The notes below the pieces were generated by a model. It was not told where the DNA came from, ran no database searches, and saw only the letters and a program-made list of their open reading frames with translations. The translations under genes were made by a program, and so were the position numbers. A stretch of DNA of 64,000 nt from contig OX597814.1 of NCBI GenBank assembly GCA_951406725.2, positions 10,354,001 to 10,418,000 on the forward strand, in the 5' to 3' direction. Of this stretch, positions 41,397 through 54,893 are shown piece by piece; position 1 is the first letter of the stretch; each line of letters begins with the position of its first letter. The DNA comes from Octopus vulgaris (lineage: Eukaryota).

Positions 41397-41806
41397 TCGC
41401 AGGAGTGGCTGTGAGGTAAAGTAGCTTGCTTACCAACCACATGGTTCCGGGTTCAGTCCCACTGTGTGGCCCCTTGGGCAAGTGTCTTCTACTATAGCCT
41501 CGGGCCGACCAAAGCCTTGTGAGTAGATTTGGTAGACGGAAACTGAAAGAAGCCCGTCGTATATATGTATATGTATATGTATATATGTGTGTGTTTGTGT
41601 GTCTGTGTTTGTCCCCCATCCAGCATCACTTGACAACCGGTGCTGGTGTGTTTACGTCTCCGTAACTTAGCGGTTCGGCAAAAGACTCCGATAGAACAAG
41701 TACTAGGCTTACAAAGAATAAGCCCTGGGGTCGATTTCCTCGACTAAAGGCGGTGCTCCAGCATGGCCACATTCAGGTGACTGAAACAAGTAAAAGAGTA
41801 AAAGAG
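41397..41806 (+). mobile_element. SINE family A, full length
   Basis: Collinear with 60202-60658. Confidence 0.9.
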
Positions 41807-42366
41807 AATACTTCCCAATTACTGGGTTTAATTCAATCAAGTGCCAATTTGTGCCAATTTGTTCCAATTTGGCACAATAGGGCCCATAATTCCTGCTCAG
41901 TCTGTAAAGTTCAATGACAAGCGAAGTAACACACTGCTTAATGTCACTGCTAGCACATCAATATTATGACAGATGTTCATAATACTCAGTTTTGATGGTC
42001 AACCGAATGTACTATTTAATTATTAAATAGTCATGTAAGTGTCTGAGTATCTCATGGAGCTGTGTTTCCTTGGAGTAATTTTAAAAAATGGTGTAGCAAA
42101 ATATGAGGCAAAGCTGACCCTTGAATTACAGATGCAACCCCTTCGATGCGATTACCTCACAAAATACATTCACACCTGCAAGGCTCATCTCAGGTAATGG
42201 CCGAACTCATTTGCCCTAAATTCCACGCAGTGAAATCGAGATCGAGACCTCATGACTGTGAAGTGAATTTCTTAACTAGAATATCATGTCTGCATCTACA
42301 TCAGTGTTATCTATCAGTAACATTCTGAATTACTGCCAATGAATGCGTACACCTGCACACACACAT

Positions 42367-42405
<39 letters not shown>

Positions 42406-42584
42406 AACATGCTCACATACGCACACTCATGCACATATATATACACACACACGAACACATACACACATATGAACACATACACACACACATATATATATAT
42501 ACACGCATGCTCATACACATCCTAACATTCACCAACTCATACACGTGCAGTCTTTAAATACTGATCCATTAAAAAGGTTAATGC

Positions 42585-42784
42585 GAAGAAGAAGAAGAAG
42601 AAGAAGAAGAAGAAGAAGAAGAAGAAGACGCAGAAGAAGAAGAAGAAGAAGAAGAAGAAGAAGAAGAAGAAGAAGAAGAAGAAGAAGAAGAAGAAGAAGA
42701 AGAAGAAGAAGAAGAAGAAGAAGAAGAAGAAGAAGAAGAAGAAGAAGAAGAAGAAGAAGAAGAAGAAGAAGAAGAAGAAGAAGA
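42585..42784. repeat. (GAA)n, ~200 bp with a single interruption
   Basis: Read directly from the sequence. Confidence 0.97.
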
Positions 42785-43199
42785 GGTGCAACAGCGCTAA
42801 ATGTCCAGAAGTATTTAGTTATGTCCCTTCATCTCCCATCAGATCGAGTTTTGTCAGCTTCCACTCTTTGGTTTTTTCTCCCTTCAGAAGGGAACCGATC
42901 GATGAAATACCAGATACCAGTCATGTATTGATTGAAGTTACAATTAAACGACCGTACCATCTCCGTTCCATCTCCGTCTCCACCACCGCCCCTAACAATA
43001 TTTGTGAGTTCATGTCAGCCTTAGAAATCAATTTGCTTCATTTATATAGACTTTATTAAGACACTTTCACAGCTAATTTTTACAGCTCACTTATCAAGCT
43101 AAACTGTTTCGTTTTTCGTATTTTTTTTTTTTACTTACACTTGTTTTGTATCTTCATTGAACTTTCTATCATTGTTGTTATCTTTATGGTATTATCGAT

Positions 43200-43812
<613 letters not shown>

Positions 43813-44447
43813 ATCTATCTACTTTTCATTGTGTCTTTTATTGTGTTATTTTATTGCCAGAAGGCATCGATATCCTAAACGTTGTACTTTTTATACAGCT
43901 AATTTAACAATCACAGATACAGTCTAAATAAAACAACAGCAAAGAAACAAAGAGACAAACAAAGAAAACAACTCTATCAACAGTAAATCTTTTGTCTCCC
44001 GAATAAATAAATAAATAAATAAATCCTATAACTACACGCTGTGTAATGTGCTTCATTGCTTTTTATTTCTGTGTATTTTGGTTGTTTGTATGCTTTTAAT
44101 CTTTGTAGAACAATTTACATTCTTATCTTAAAACACTTGTATTCATTCACAGAAAGTGGAGACTACAACAAAGCGTACATCCTGTATTATTAACCCAACC
44201 ACTGTTGCAGTTAACCACCTCTAGATACCACAATTGTGAAAACATTACGTTGCTTTACTTCTTCCTTCAACTCCCATATTTCCTGTTTCTCCGATAAGTG
44301 CCAAGGCACAAAATAAAGCTGAGGAGGTAGAAGACAATACGGGGTCACTCGCCTTAAATGAAAGAAAAAAGAAAAAAGAAAAAAGAAAAATAGCAGCCAA
44401 ATTTCCTTCACTCCAAATCTTCCTCTTTCAAAAACAAAAGAATTATT

Positions 44448-46271
44448 CTTTTCTACTCTAGGCACAAAGCCCGAAATTTTTGGGGAGGGGGGCCAGTCGA
44501 TTAGATCGATCCCAGTACACAACTGGTGCTTAATTTATCGACCCCGAATGGATGAAAGGCAAAGTCAACTCAGAACGTAAAAACAAGCGAAATACGTATT
44601 TCTTTACTACCCACAAGGGGCTAAACACAGAGAGGAAAAACAAGGACAGACAAACGGACTAAGTCGATTATATCGATCCCAGTGCGTAACTGGTATTTAT
44701 TTAATAGACTCCGAAAGGATGAAAGGTAAAGTCGACCTCGGCTGAATTTGAACTCAGAACGTAGCGGCAGACGAAATACCTATTTCTTTAATACGCACAA
44801 TGGGCTAAACACAAAGAGGAAAAACAAGGACAGACAAACGGACTAAGTCGATTATATCGATCCCAGTGCGTAACTGGTATTTATTTAATAGACTCCGAAA
44901 GGATGAAAGGTAAAGTCGACCTCGGCTGAATTTGAACTCAGAACGTAGCGGCAGACGAAATACCTATTTCTTTAATACGCACAATGGGCTAAACACAGAG
45001 AGGACAAACAAGGACAGACAAACGGATTAAGTCGATTACATCGACCCCAGTGCGTAACTGGTACTTATTTAATCGACCCCGAAAGAATGAAAGGCAAAGT
45101 CGACCTCGGCTGAATTTGAACTCAGAACGTAGCGGCAGACGAAATACCTATTTCTTTAATACGCACAATGGGCTAAACACAGAGAGGAAAAACAAGGACA
45201 GACAAACGGACTAAGTCGATTATATCGATCCCAGTGCGTAACTGGTACTTATTTAATAGACTCCGAAAGGATGAAAGGTAAAGTCGACCTCGGCTGAATT
45301 TGAACTCAGAACGTAGCGGCAGACGAAATACCTATTTCTTTAATACGCACAATGGGCTAAACACAGAGAGGACAAACAAGGACAGACAAACGGACTAAGT
45401 CGATTATATCGATCCCAGTGCGTAACTGGTATTTATTTAATAGACTCCGAAAGGATGAAAGGTAAAGTCGACCTCGGCTGAATTTGAACTCAGAACGTAG
45501 CGGCAGACGAAATACCTATTTCTTTAATACGCACAATGGGCTAAACACAGAGAGGACAAACAAGGACAGACAAACGGATTAAGTCGATTACATCGACCCC
45601 AGTGCGTAACTGGTACTTATTTAATCGACCCCGAAAGAATGAAAGGCAAAGTCGACCTCGGCTGAATTTGAACTCAGAACGTAGCGGCAGACGAAATACC
45701 TATTTCTTTAATACGCACAATGGGCTAAACACAGAGAGGAAAAACAAGGACAGACAAACGGACTAAGTCGATTATATCGATCCCAGTGCGTAACTGGTAC
45801 TTATTTAATAGACTCCGAAAGGATGAAAGGTAAAGTCGACCTCGGCTGAATTTGAACTCAGAACGTAGCGGCAGACGAAATACCTATTTCTTTAATACGC
45901 ACAATGGGCTAAACACAGAGAGGACAAACAAGGACAGACAAACGGATTAAGTCGATTACATCGACCCCAGTGCGTAACTGGTACTTATTTAATCGACCCC
46001 GAAAGAATGAAAGGCAAAGTCGACCTCGGCTGAATTTGAACTCAGAACGTAGCGGCAGACGAAATACCTATTTCTTTAATACGCACAATGGGCTAAACAC
46101 AGAGGGGACAAACAAGGACAGACAAACGGATTAAGTCGATTACATCGACTCCAGTGCGTAACTGGTACTTATTTAATCGACCCCGAAAGAATGAAAGGCA
46201 AAGTCGACCTCGGCGGAATTTGAACTCAGAACGTGACGGCGTGCTTAATGTTTCTGCCAGCTCGCCGCCTT
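44448..46271 (-). mobile_element. SINE family B concatemer: nine 184-bp units plus one terminal unit, flanked by a 16-bp TSD
   Basis: aagtcgatta recurs at 44661, 44845, 45029, 45213, 45397, 45581, 45765, 45949 and 46133. The SINE head is at 46271. TSD: aaacaaaagaattatt (44432-44447) and aaacgaaagaattatt (46272-46287). Confidence 0.93.
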
Positions 46272-47204
46272 AAACGAAAGAATTATTGATAATCTAGATC
46301 TGGTTGCATTACCTCAAACTAAGATGGAATGGTCATGGGTGGCATGGTTTAAACACTTAAATGTCTTTCCGCCTTTGAGGCTTCGAGATGTTTATGTCGC
46401 TAGGAATTTTTTTGCTATTTTTTTTAATTTACTCACGATTGAAGTCATGATGTAAGGCGTTCCAGCCCTGATCCTCCTGATTTATGAAAGTATCTCGGAC
46501 TACATTTTCAGCTGTTATCCTTCCGCATTTTATAAGTTTGGTATGGCTCTGGAAATATTTGGTTACTTCTGTATGTAGATCCTAGGAATGACTATTTAAT
46601 GGTTTCACTTCATTGGTTCGTTAAGTAGTTGATATTACCGAAAATTGTAACACTTGTAATGATGATGCTAACGAGTCCGTCAACAATCCGGATTCAATTT
46701 CCGATATTACTTATTTAACTTACTTTGCTAAGGGACACTAAGAAAACAATGAACTGAACTCCTTCCATTCTCAAACCTTTTATTTGCAGGAATAATCCCT
46801 GTTGACTTCCTTGATAAGCAGTATATGATTGTTATAGAATTTTAATTGAGTAATGCAAAGGGATCTTCCGTTGTTTTCTTTTCTTTTATTATTACAAGAC
46901 ATCATAGACATTATTCGAAGAGTGTGGGAAAAAGTATGGAAGGCATTACTTCAATTAACGAGCTGATGAGAATGAAAAAGTTTAAGTTAACGGAGAAGGG
47001 ATACGAACTCACAACACCAAAACAAATACCTCACATTTCATCGGCTCTTCCACGACTCTGCCAATTCGCTGAAAATTCACTGGAGTTTTTTTTTTTTTTT
47101 TTAAATAATAACCAATGAAATTGATTATTGCTACCGAAAGAAATTTTCTTACCAAATCCTTATTCATCTCTTCAATGGGTATTTATGATGAATACTTGAA
47201 CAAA

Positions 47205-47350
47205 TCCTGTCGCGGTCAACTTTGGCTTTTCGTGCATCTGTGGCCAATGAAATTATGTTCCTGTAAGTGCTGGGGGATCGACTGTACGGCTTAAGGTCGA
47301 CTGTATGGATTAACCCACTTCCCTCAAATCTTGCCTTGTATCTAAACGAG
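47205..47350 (+). mobile_element. Degraded SINE family B
   Basis: cggtcaactttggcttttcgtgcatc...aaatcttgccttgtatc. Confidence 0.55.
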
Positions 47351-47954
47351 AAACAATTCTTGTTTTTGTTAGTGCGAACGTAAGGGGAAAATGGGATGCT
47401 GTTATCCTTCCGCATTTTATGACAATGTGGTATGTTTCGGGAAGATTCATAAATGATTTAACAATATTAGCGTAGAATGATTAAACGTTGATCTGAAACA
47501 GCAGCAGAATGCTATGCAATCAGAAACTAACCTATTGGTTCTTACAGGCAATGAGTGAATATTTACATTCTATATATTTAAGGACACTGATGTTAAATTC
47601 CTGACAAAGTGTAGTGTGGTGTCAATCAGGTTCGATTTATCGGAAATAACTCGTCCTAGAAACAATGAACATTCCTATATATGCATTATAGCTAAATACA
47701 ATTTTCCAGTAATGATCCAATATCTATTTTAAAGAATCTCTCCAACAAACTCCTTTTTCCTCTTGTTAGGGTAAAGCTTACAAGGTGATTTCTATTTTGG
47801 GATGTGAAAAAACTACTCTTATTCATGGATATATTTAAGAATGGGGAATCCTCTTCTCATTCTTCCGATCAATTAAAAATAGCTGACAAATCTTCAAATC
47901 TAAAAATTACATCTTAAGCAAGAAAAATGAAGATGAAACATTAATCAATATATT

Positions 47955-48160
47955 GATTTCAAATTCTGGCACAAGGCCAGCAATTTCGAGGCGGGGGGCT
48001 ATATCGACCACAGTGTTCAACTAGAACTTATTTTATCAACCCCGAAATGATGGAAGGCAAAGTCGGCCTCGGCGGAATTGAACTCAGTACGTAAGGACGG
48101 ACGAAATACCGCTAAGCTTTCTGCTCGGCGTACTAAAGACTCTGCTAGCTTGCCGCCTTA
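47955..48160 (-). mobile_element. SINE family B, full length
   Basis: Head aaggcggcaagctagcagag, B-box-like gagttcaattcc and Nin-like domain. Confidence 0.85.
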
Positions 48161-48742
48161 ACATTACTCAATATATTAATTTTTCATACGAAATCAAAAA
48201 AGCGAAAACGGGATGATCGTGAGTGGAACACCTTTGAATATAGGTTTACTTTATCAGAGCTAAACTAGGGATAAAAAGAATCAAACAATATGATCCAACA
48301 ATGGTAGTTCAATCGACTTCGTATTTAATTAACAAAACAATTATTTTGCCTTTCTAGGGTTATGAAAGTACATGAATACTAATTCAATCTTATGTTTTGA
48401 AGAAATGGAATGAAGATAAAATATAAGACCTCGAATTGGCAGACTCAATAAGAGGTTGGATAGAACACTCGCAATATTTGCTCTCATTCTCTGCTCTTTC
48501 AGCTCAAATCCTGCCGAGGTTAGCATTGCCTTTCATCTTTTGGGCTCGATGAAATTGTGCAAGTAAAGGACGGAAATGTTTAAGCATTGGATGGGATGCC
48601 TTGCGATATCTGTCCCGGCTCTGTGCGACCAATAAATAGTACCAGCAATTCGAATTTAAAAAAAATAATGGTAACATGATTTGTTTTATTTCGTTTTTGG
48701 ATTTGGTTTGCAAGATCCTTTATATGAGTTCGTGTGTTGAAG

Positions 48743-49069
48743 CATATTCCGTTGTGTCTGGGGAGATTCATTTTCTTTTTGTGCCTTATTATTTAACACA
48801 CTCACTGGTAAAATTTCCACTTATTTCTTTAATTTTTTTTCTTAAAATTTTCGTTGCGTCTTGCAACCTTATCAACAGTCTTGACTATTTTCAATACTAT
48901 TGAAAAGGTTGCAAGAGTATTGAAAAGGTTCAAGACTATTGAAAAGGTTGCAAGACGCAACGAAAATTTTAGTAAAAAAAAAAAGAAAGAAGTGGGAATT
49001 TTACCGGTGAGTGTGTTAAATTATAAGGCACAAAAAGAAAATGACTCTCCCTAGACACAACAGAATATG
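48743..49069. mobile_element. Foldback element/MITE with ~140-bp inverted arms
   Basis: catattccgttgtgtctggggaga...cagtcttga pairs with tcaagactattg...ccctagacacaacagaatatg. The centre holds repeats of tattgaaaaggtt. Confidence 0.85.
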
Positions 49070-50349
49070 ATTTGTTTGGTTTAATCGTAAATTGTCTGCT
49101 ACTATGTTTTAGAAGTAGTGGAACATGGATATTGAATAGCTTAGAAGAGAAATGAAATAAGAGAAATAAAGTCAGTAGAAATGCGATGATAACTAATTAT
49201 ATTCACTGAGGAAGGTGGATATCTAAAGAATGAGTTTAATAGATAAGAAGGTCGTTGTTTTCCCTTATTGTTCAGATGCTCCCGTTCAGCCCTGATCGAG
49301 AAAATCGCTCATTAAAATCATTCCAGCTTTGACTAACTCGTCTATTTTACACATCGCTGTCGAATGTGACTCTCTGCTTCTAAAACAATCACAATTCTGT
49401 TGTTCTTGTTGTTGTTTAGCCCTCGGTTCAACAAAGGCAAGTTTCTTTCTGTACAGGATGGTCTTCACTGCAACGTGTTCAATCAAGGTGTGTTTGATGA
49501 AAAGTGACTTTGGGATTAAACAACGAAACGAAGACCACGACAACGTAGTCGACAATGACAATAAAAAAACAATAGCAGCAAATATAATACAGAAACGACC
49601 ACGACAACGACTACCATAGCAACAACAATCACAAAACTGTGTATTCTCCTGACCTGGTAGATATAGCAGATATAGTGTATTCTCTTGATCTGGTAGATAT
49701 GTCCAACAAAGGACGTCTTGCAACCTTGAAAGGAAGGCAGGACATATTGAATAATGTTGAACTGGGTTGGGACGCCTTGAAACATAAATAATTTCAAGAC
49801 AGAAATACAACACTTGGTTGCTAAAAGCAACAGCCAGCTGGCTCTCAAGGCACATTCTATTAACTTAAAAAAAAAAAGAAGAAAATTACACACGATGTCT
49901 GAACTAAGAACATGATAGGTTGGTCACGATTGGAGCGGCTTTCATTGTGGGGTCTAAATCAACACAGCTGACTTAGAGATCAACTTAAAGAACAACGATA
50001 ACAACAACATCAACAACAATGTTTTATATATTCCACAAATAAATTATCTATTCATTTCTTCGCTCGCTCGTTGAGTTTTTATTGCTTGCCCACGCTTCGA
50101 AAAAAAATCCCTAAAAAATAAATAAGCGAAATATCAATATTTCAACCACTCTCCCTAAAACGTACAACAAAACGAACAAAAGCATGTGACAAAAAAAAGC
50201 AAGAAAAAAGACAATAAAAAATATGATTTACTTTACTCGAGATTCTGTTGATATTATCTTCGGGAGAAATATTATTCATTAATGTATATAATCCGACTCG
50301 TAGTCTGTTTTTGTTTTTGCTCTGCCAGTGAAAACCAATATCGTATAAA

Positions 50350-50387
<38 letters not shown>

Positions 50388-50409
50388 TGTATGTATGTAT
50401 GTATGTATG

Positions 50410-50463
<54 letters not shown>

Positions 50464-51091
50464 CATAAAAATGCACGTGTACACACAGACACACGCACAC
50501 TGACACACCCAAGCACACACACCCAAACACACACACATACACACATCTATATATACACACACAATATGTATATTTACGTAAGGATAAATATGCATATATC
50601 CAGATATATATGCCTATGTATAGTGGCAAGTTTTTGTGTTATAGTTGCTAGTTTTATAATTAGGCTTTGATGAACAAATCTATGATCAACGGCACTCCAA
50701 ACTATGACCATCCTGGCTATCTTCCCTTTTGCATAGAGTTAATTACGTTGTCCAATATCGCCTTTATATAAAAACGGCAGTATGTGATCTGGTGGAGACT
50801 TGGTCGCTATTTCTAACAAATCGGCGACTATATAGAATTTCCTTCATTGGTCGTTGTTTTTTTAAAAATCCATTACAATCGTGACAGAGCTCATTGATCA
50901 TAAAAAACATTCCTACAATGACCACTACATCTTGTATAAAAAAATTACGTCATTCAACGCGTGTATTTTCATGCTGATGAAGCAAAAAAAAAAAAACAAA
51001 GAGTAGAAAAAAGAAAGGAATAAGATCGGAGATACTTGTTGTTGTGTTACTGATTATCATGATGAAGATAATGCAAACGAAGACGATGACG

Positions 51092-51166
<75 letters not shown>

Positions 51167-51183
51167 GACAGTTAGATAGATAA

Positions 51184-51575
51184 GTTTCTTTACTGGCCAC
51201 ACAGGGCTGCACACAGATGGGACAAATTACAAGGTAGAGCTTTTCTTTTGGGGGATGAAAAAAAAAAGGGTGGCGTAGGTTTTCGATCAAAAGGGATCGT
51301 AAAAGGGAAAAAAAAGAACAAAAAAATAAAAAAAAGGAAAAGGAACAAAAGAAAAGAGAAATGAGAAAAAGAAGAAAAAGGGGGGGAAAAGGGGAAGAGG
51401 AAATAAAACGATCAATAGGGATCGTGTATCACAGTGTTATGATGTATGGTGTAAAGGGGAAAGCAAGTAAGGTTTATCCGTCGGAAGAAAAGCCTACGAA
51501 AAAGACCACGGTAACCTTGGTCAATATTGTTATATGTTACCACATTTGTTTGCAAGTGGGTAACCCTCTGTTTTA
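51184..51575 (-). mobile_element. 3' end of the same LINE-like family as 6136-6365
   Basis: Shared gtttcttta.t.gccacacagggctgcacacagat...acaaggtagagcttttcttttg...tcgatcaaaagggatcgtaaaagg. Lies in a (GATA)n context. Confidence 0.65.
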
Positions 51576-51591
51576 GATAGATAGAAAGATG

Positions 51592-51686
<95 letters not shown>

Positions 51687-52125
51687 GTTGTTGTCGAGGT
51701 TCAAATCTAATGATTTTTTGTTGTTAAGCAACAAGACGGGTAAGGGTGATAAGGTGATGTTCTAGGGCTTAGGGGCGGGAGACACCAGACCTTGGGAAAA
51801 AAAAACTTTGGTCGTCTTGTTGTAGTCGAGGGCTCTTCATTGACGCCCGACACCACTGGGAGGTGGCCCTCGAAGTCGCTGGAAATGGAGATCTCCAGGT
51901 CCAAATTCATGAACGGCTAAATCTAATGACGCAAGCGTATGATTAACAGCATTCGAGCGGTAACCACCTTTCTTTTCTCTGTCTGCAGTGAACTCAAGTC
52001 CAGATAATCCAACATGTATATTTCTTAGATGGAAGGATGTGAGATTAGGGCGAGATTTCGCTACTATTTCTAGCAGATATAACTTGAAATAGTAGCTATT
52101 TCTAGCTACATTGTAGCTAGAAAGA

Positions 52126-52491
52126 AGCTGCTTTGTCATAAGTTCTATCATAGCTGCTTTGTCAAAAGTTCTATCATAACCGCTTTGTCGTAAGTTCTAT
52201 CATAGCTGCTTTGTCGTAAGTTCTATCATAGCTGCTTTGTCGTAAGTTCTACCATAGCTGCTTTTTCGTAAGTTCTATCGTAGCTGCTTTGTCGTAAGTT
52301 CTATTGTAGCTGTTTTGTCGTAAGTTCTATCGTAGCTGCTTTGTCGTAAGTTCTATCATAGCTGCTTTGTCGTAAGTTCTATCGTAGCTGCTTTGTCGTA
52401 AGTTCTATCATAGCTGCTTTGTCGTAAGTTCTATCATAGCTGCTTTTTCGTAAGTTCTATTGTAGCTGCTTTGTCGTAAGTTCTATCGTAG
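52126..52491. repeat. 26-bp minisatellite, ~14 copies
   Basis: Unit tagctgctttgtcgtaagttctatc(a/g). Confidence 0.95.
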
Positions 52492-52715
52492 TAAGTCGAG
52501 ACAGATGGCCAGGCAGCCAGATGCATAAGATGGAAGGTGGACCAAAACTCCATAAATATTGATATACAAAATGCAGTCGTAAATATACAGCTAAATATAT
52601 AAATATATAGATAAATATGTTCTTGCCTGTAGATGGAGAGATGGAGACATGGTGTGGGCAGAATGGGTAGAATGGGAGCTAGGTGAAGGGGTGAAATCAT
52701 GGATATTCCAAACCT

Positions 52716-52760
<45 letters not shown>

Positions 52761-52884
52761 GCTATAACTACTTCACACTTGTAAGACTGACATTAACAGC
52801 TGTACGGAATGATTTATACTCTCACTGGTCGTAAAAATAGAAGAAAAACTGATTCTAACAATATCGTCCTTTTACCGTCACTAG

Positions 52885-53390
52885 CACTAACACCATCACC
52901 ACCACCACCACCACCATCATCATCATCAACTATTCTGATAAAATACTTTACTAGCAGCAGCGGCAGCAGCGGCGGCAGCAGCAGCAGCAGCAACACAGCT
53001 GCCACCACCTACACCACCTTCACCACTATCAGCACCCACAATTAATATACCATGAACAAACATCATAAAAACAATAACCACCATCGCAAATATCATCGTA
53101 ATCATCATCAGCAGCATTGTCATCATCATCGTCGTCGTAGTCGACATCGCGGTCGTCATCATCAACATCATCATCATCATCATCATCATTAAGTACCAAC
53201 AAAACAATCACCAATGCAAACAAATTTTAAAAAAACATCGCTGCCAACACCACCACCAAGACAGAAAATACCAGCATATCAGCAGCCACCACCAAAACTT
53301 CGATCACTGTCATCTCTCATCCCATCATTCTCCACCTCCTCCTCATCATCATGATCATTATCATCATCATCATCACCATACTCCTCCACC

Positions 53391-53428
<38 letters not shown>

Positions 53429-53596
53429 TTTCATCATCATCATCTTCATCATCATCATCATCTTCATCATCATCATCATCATCATCATAAACAACATCAC
53501 CATCACCACCATCCAGGGCCTTCCATCACCTCTACCACTCCATCACCACAACCTTCACTTCAAATTCAAGTGCCACCTTCGCTCACCTCATCATCG

Positions 53597-53663
<67 letters not shown>

Positions 53664-53851
53664 AAACAACATCACCATCACAAATTGTCCACTGTTACCA
53701 TTACCTCCATAATCTCCCTTATAACAACCCTAACCACAACTGCCTTCATCATCATCATCATCATCACTATCGTCGTCGTCATCGGCGTCCTTATTACCAC
53801 CACCACAATCCGTAGTAGCAAGCAGCAGCAGTTGTAGTAGCAGTGACGACG

Positions 53852-53887
<36 letters not shown>

Positions 53888-53900
53888 GCAACAACCACAT
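52885..53900. repeat. Triplet-repeat low-complexity region (CAT/CAC/CAG/CAA)
   Basis: Read directly from the sequence. Confidence 0.9.
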
Positions 53901-54620
53901 TACGAACAGGCAACAACACCGATCCACACAACCCAGCTCGAAAGAAAATATATCTTGTGCTGCTTCAAGAACAGACGTTATCGGTTTGATGGGAGGACGT
54001 GGGAGTCGGGGGAGGTGTGATGATATTTGCATTTGCTATCAACAGTTATGGCAACAATTGGTTTTATTACACCGCAGCGCCATCTTGTGTGACTGACACT
54101 TCAAATCTTTTGTTAATTTCCTTTTTTAGATTTGCTTCTATTTTTTTGTTTAGGAAAAGAACGCTAGAAAACTAAGAAAAGAGGAAGTTAACAACGAATA
54201 ACTAAAACAGGAAATAAAGAATAATAAAAAAAAAATACGGCAATAACAGCAACAACAACAACAACAACAACGACAATAACAATATGATAATAATAATAAT
54301 AAACACCAGTAATAAACAACAAGAATTGATAACAAGGGGAAATGGGATTTATTTAATACTGGGCTTTAAATCTCCTCGAAATGTATTGCAGTTATCAACA
54401 TTTTATAGAATTGTCTTCAGGATATCGGAGATGGCTTCTGGAAAAGCACATAGCGAGATAGTTAGCGATGTAGATAGATAAATAGATAGATAGACAGATC
54501 GAGAGAGATACAGAGAGATACAGAGAGAGAGAGAGAGAGGAGGGAGATGGAAATAGGAGTAAGGAAAAAAAGATATATATGTGTATATATATATATATAT
54601 CGGACTTTAAACGATGATGA

Positions 54621-54662
<42 letters not shown>

Positions 54663-54800
54663 ACAGATAGATAGATATAATATAGATATGTATGTGTGTG
54701 TGTGTATATATATATATATATTATTATTATTATTAATAATAATAATAATAATAATAAAAACAATAATAATATGATGATGATGATAATGATAATAATAATG

Positions 54801-54892
<92 letters not shown>

Positions 54893-54893
54893 T

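Noticed and set aside
42545-42931. Poly-Arg, protamine-like ORF
   Set aside because: It is a translation of (GAA)n.
44600-46230. 184-bp tandem array as a hammerhead retrozyme
   Set aside because: No CUGANGA core on either strand of the unit (only ctgaatt and ctgagtt); the unit is SINE-derived.
50972-50990. ctgatga motif
   Set aside because: No helix II or GAAA partner; chance match.
51707-51910. 67-aa non-repetitive ORF
   Set aside because: No recognisable domain or splice context; probably a repeat fragment.
52126-52491. CRISPR array
   Set aside because: Contiguous 26-bp tandem units with no unique spacers.
54360-54424. Minus-strand CTGAAGA plus hairpin as an HHR
   Set aside because: GAAA is absent (ttaaag) and helix I is unsupported. 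It may be a decayed copy but cannot be called.
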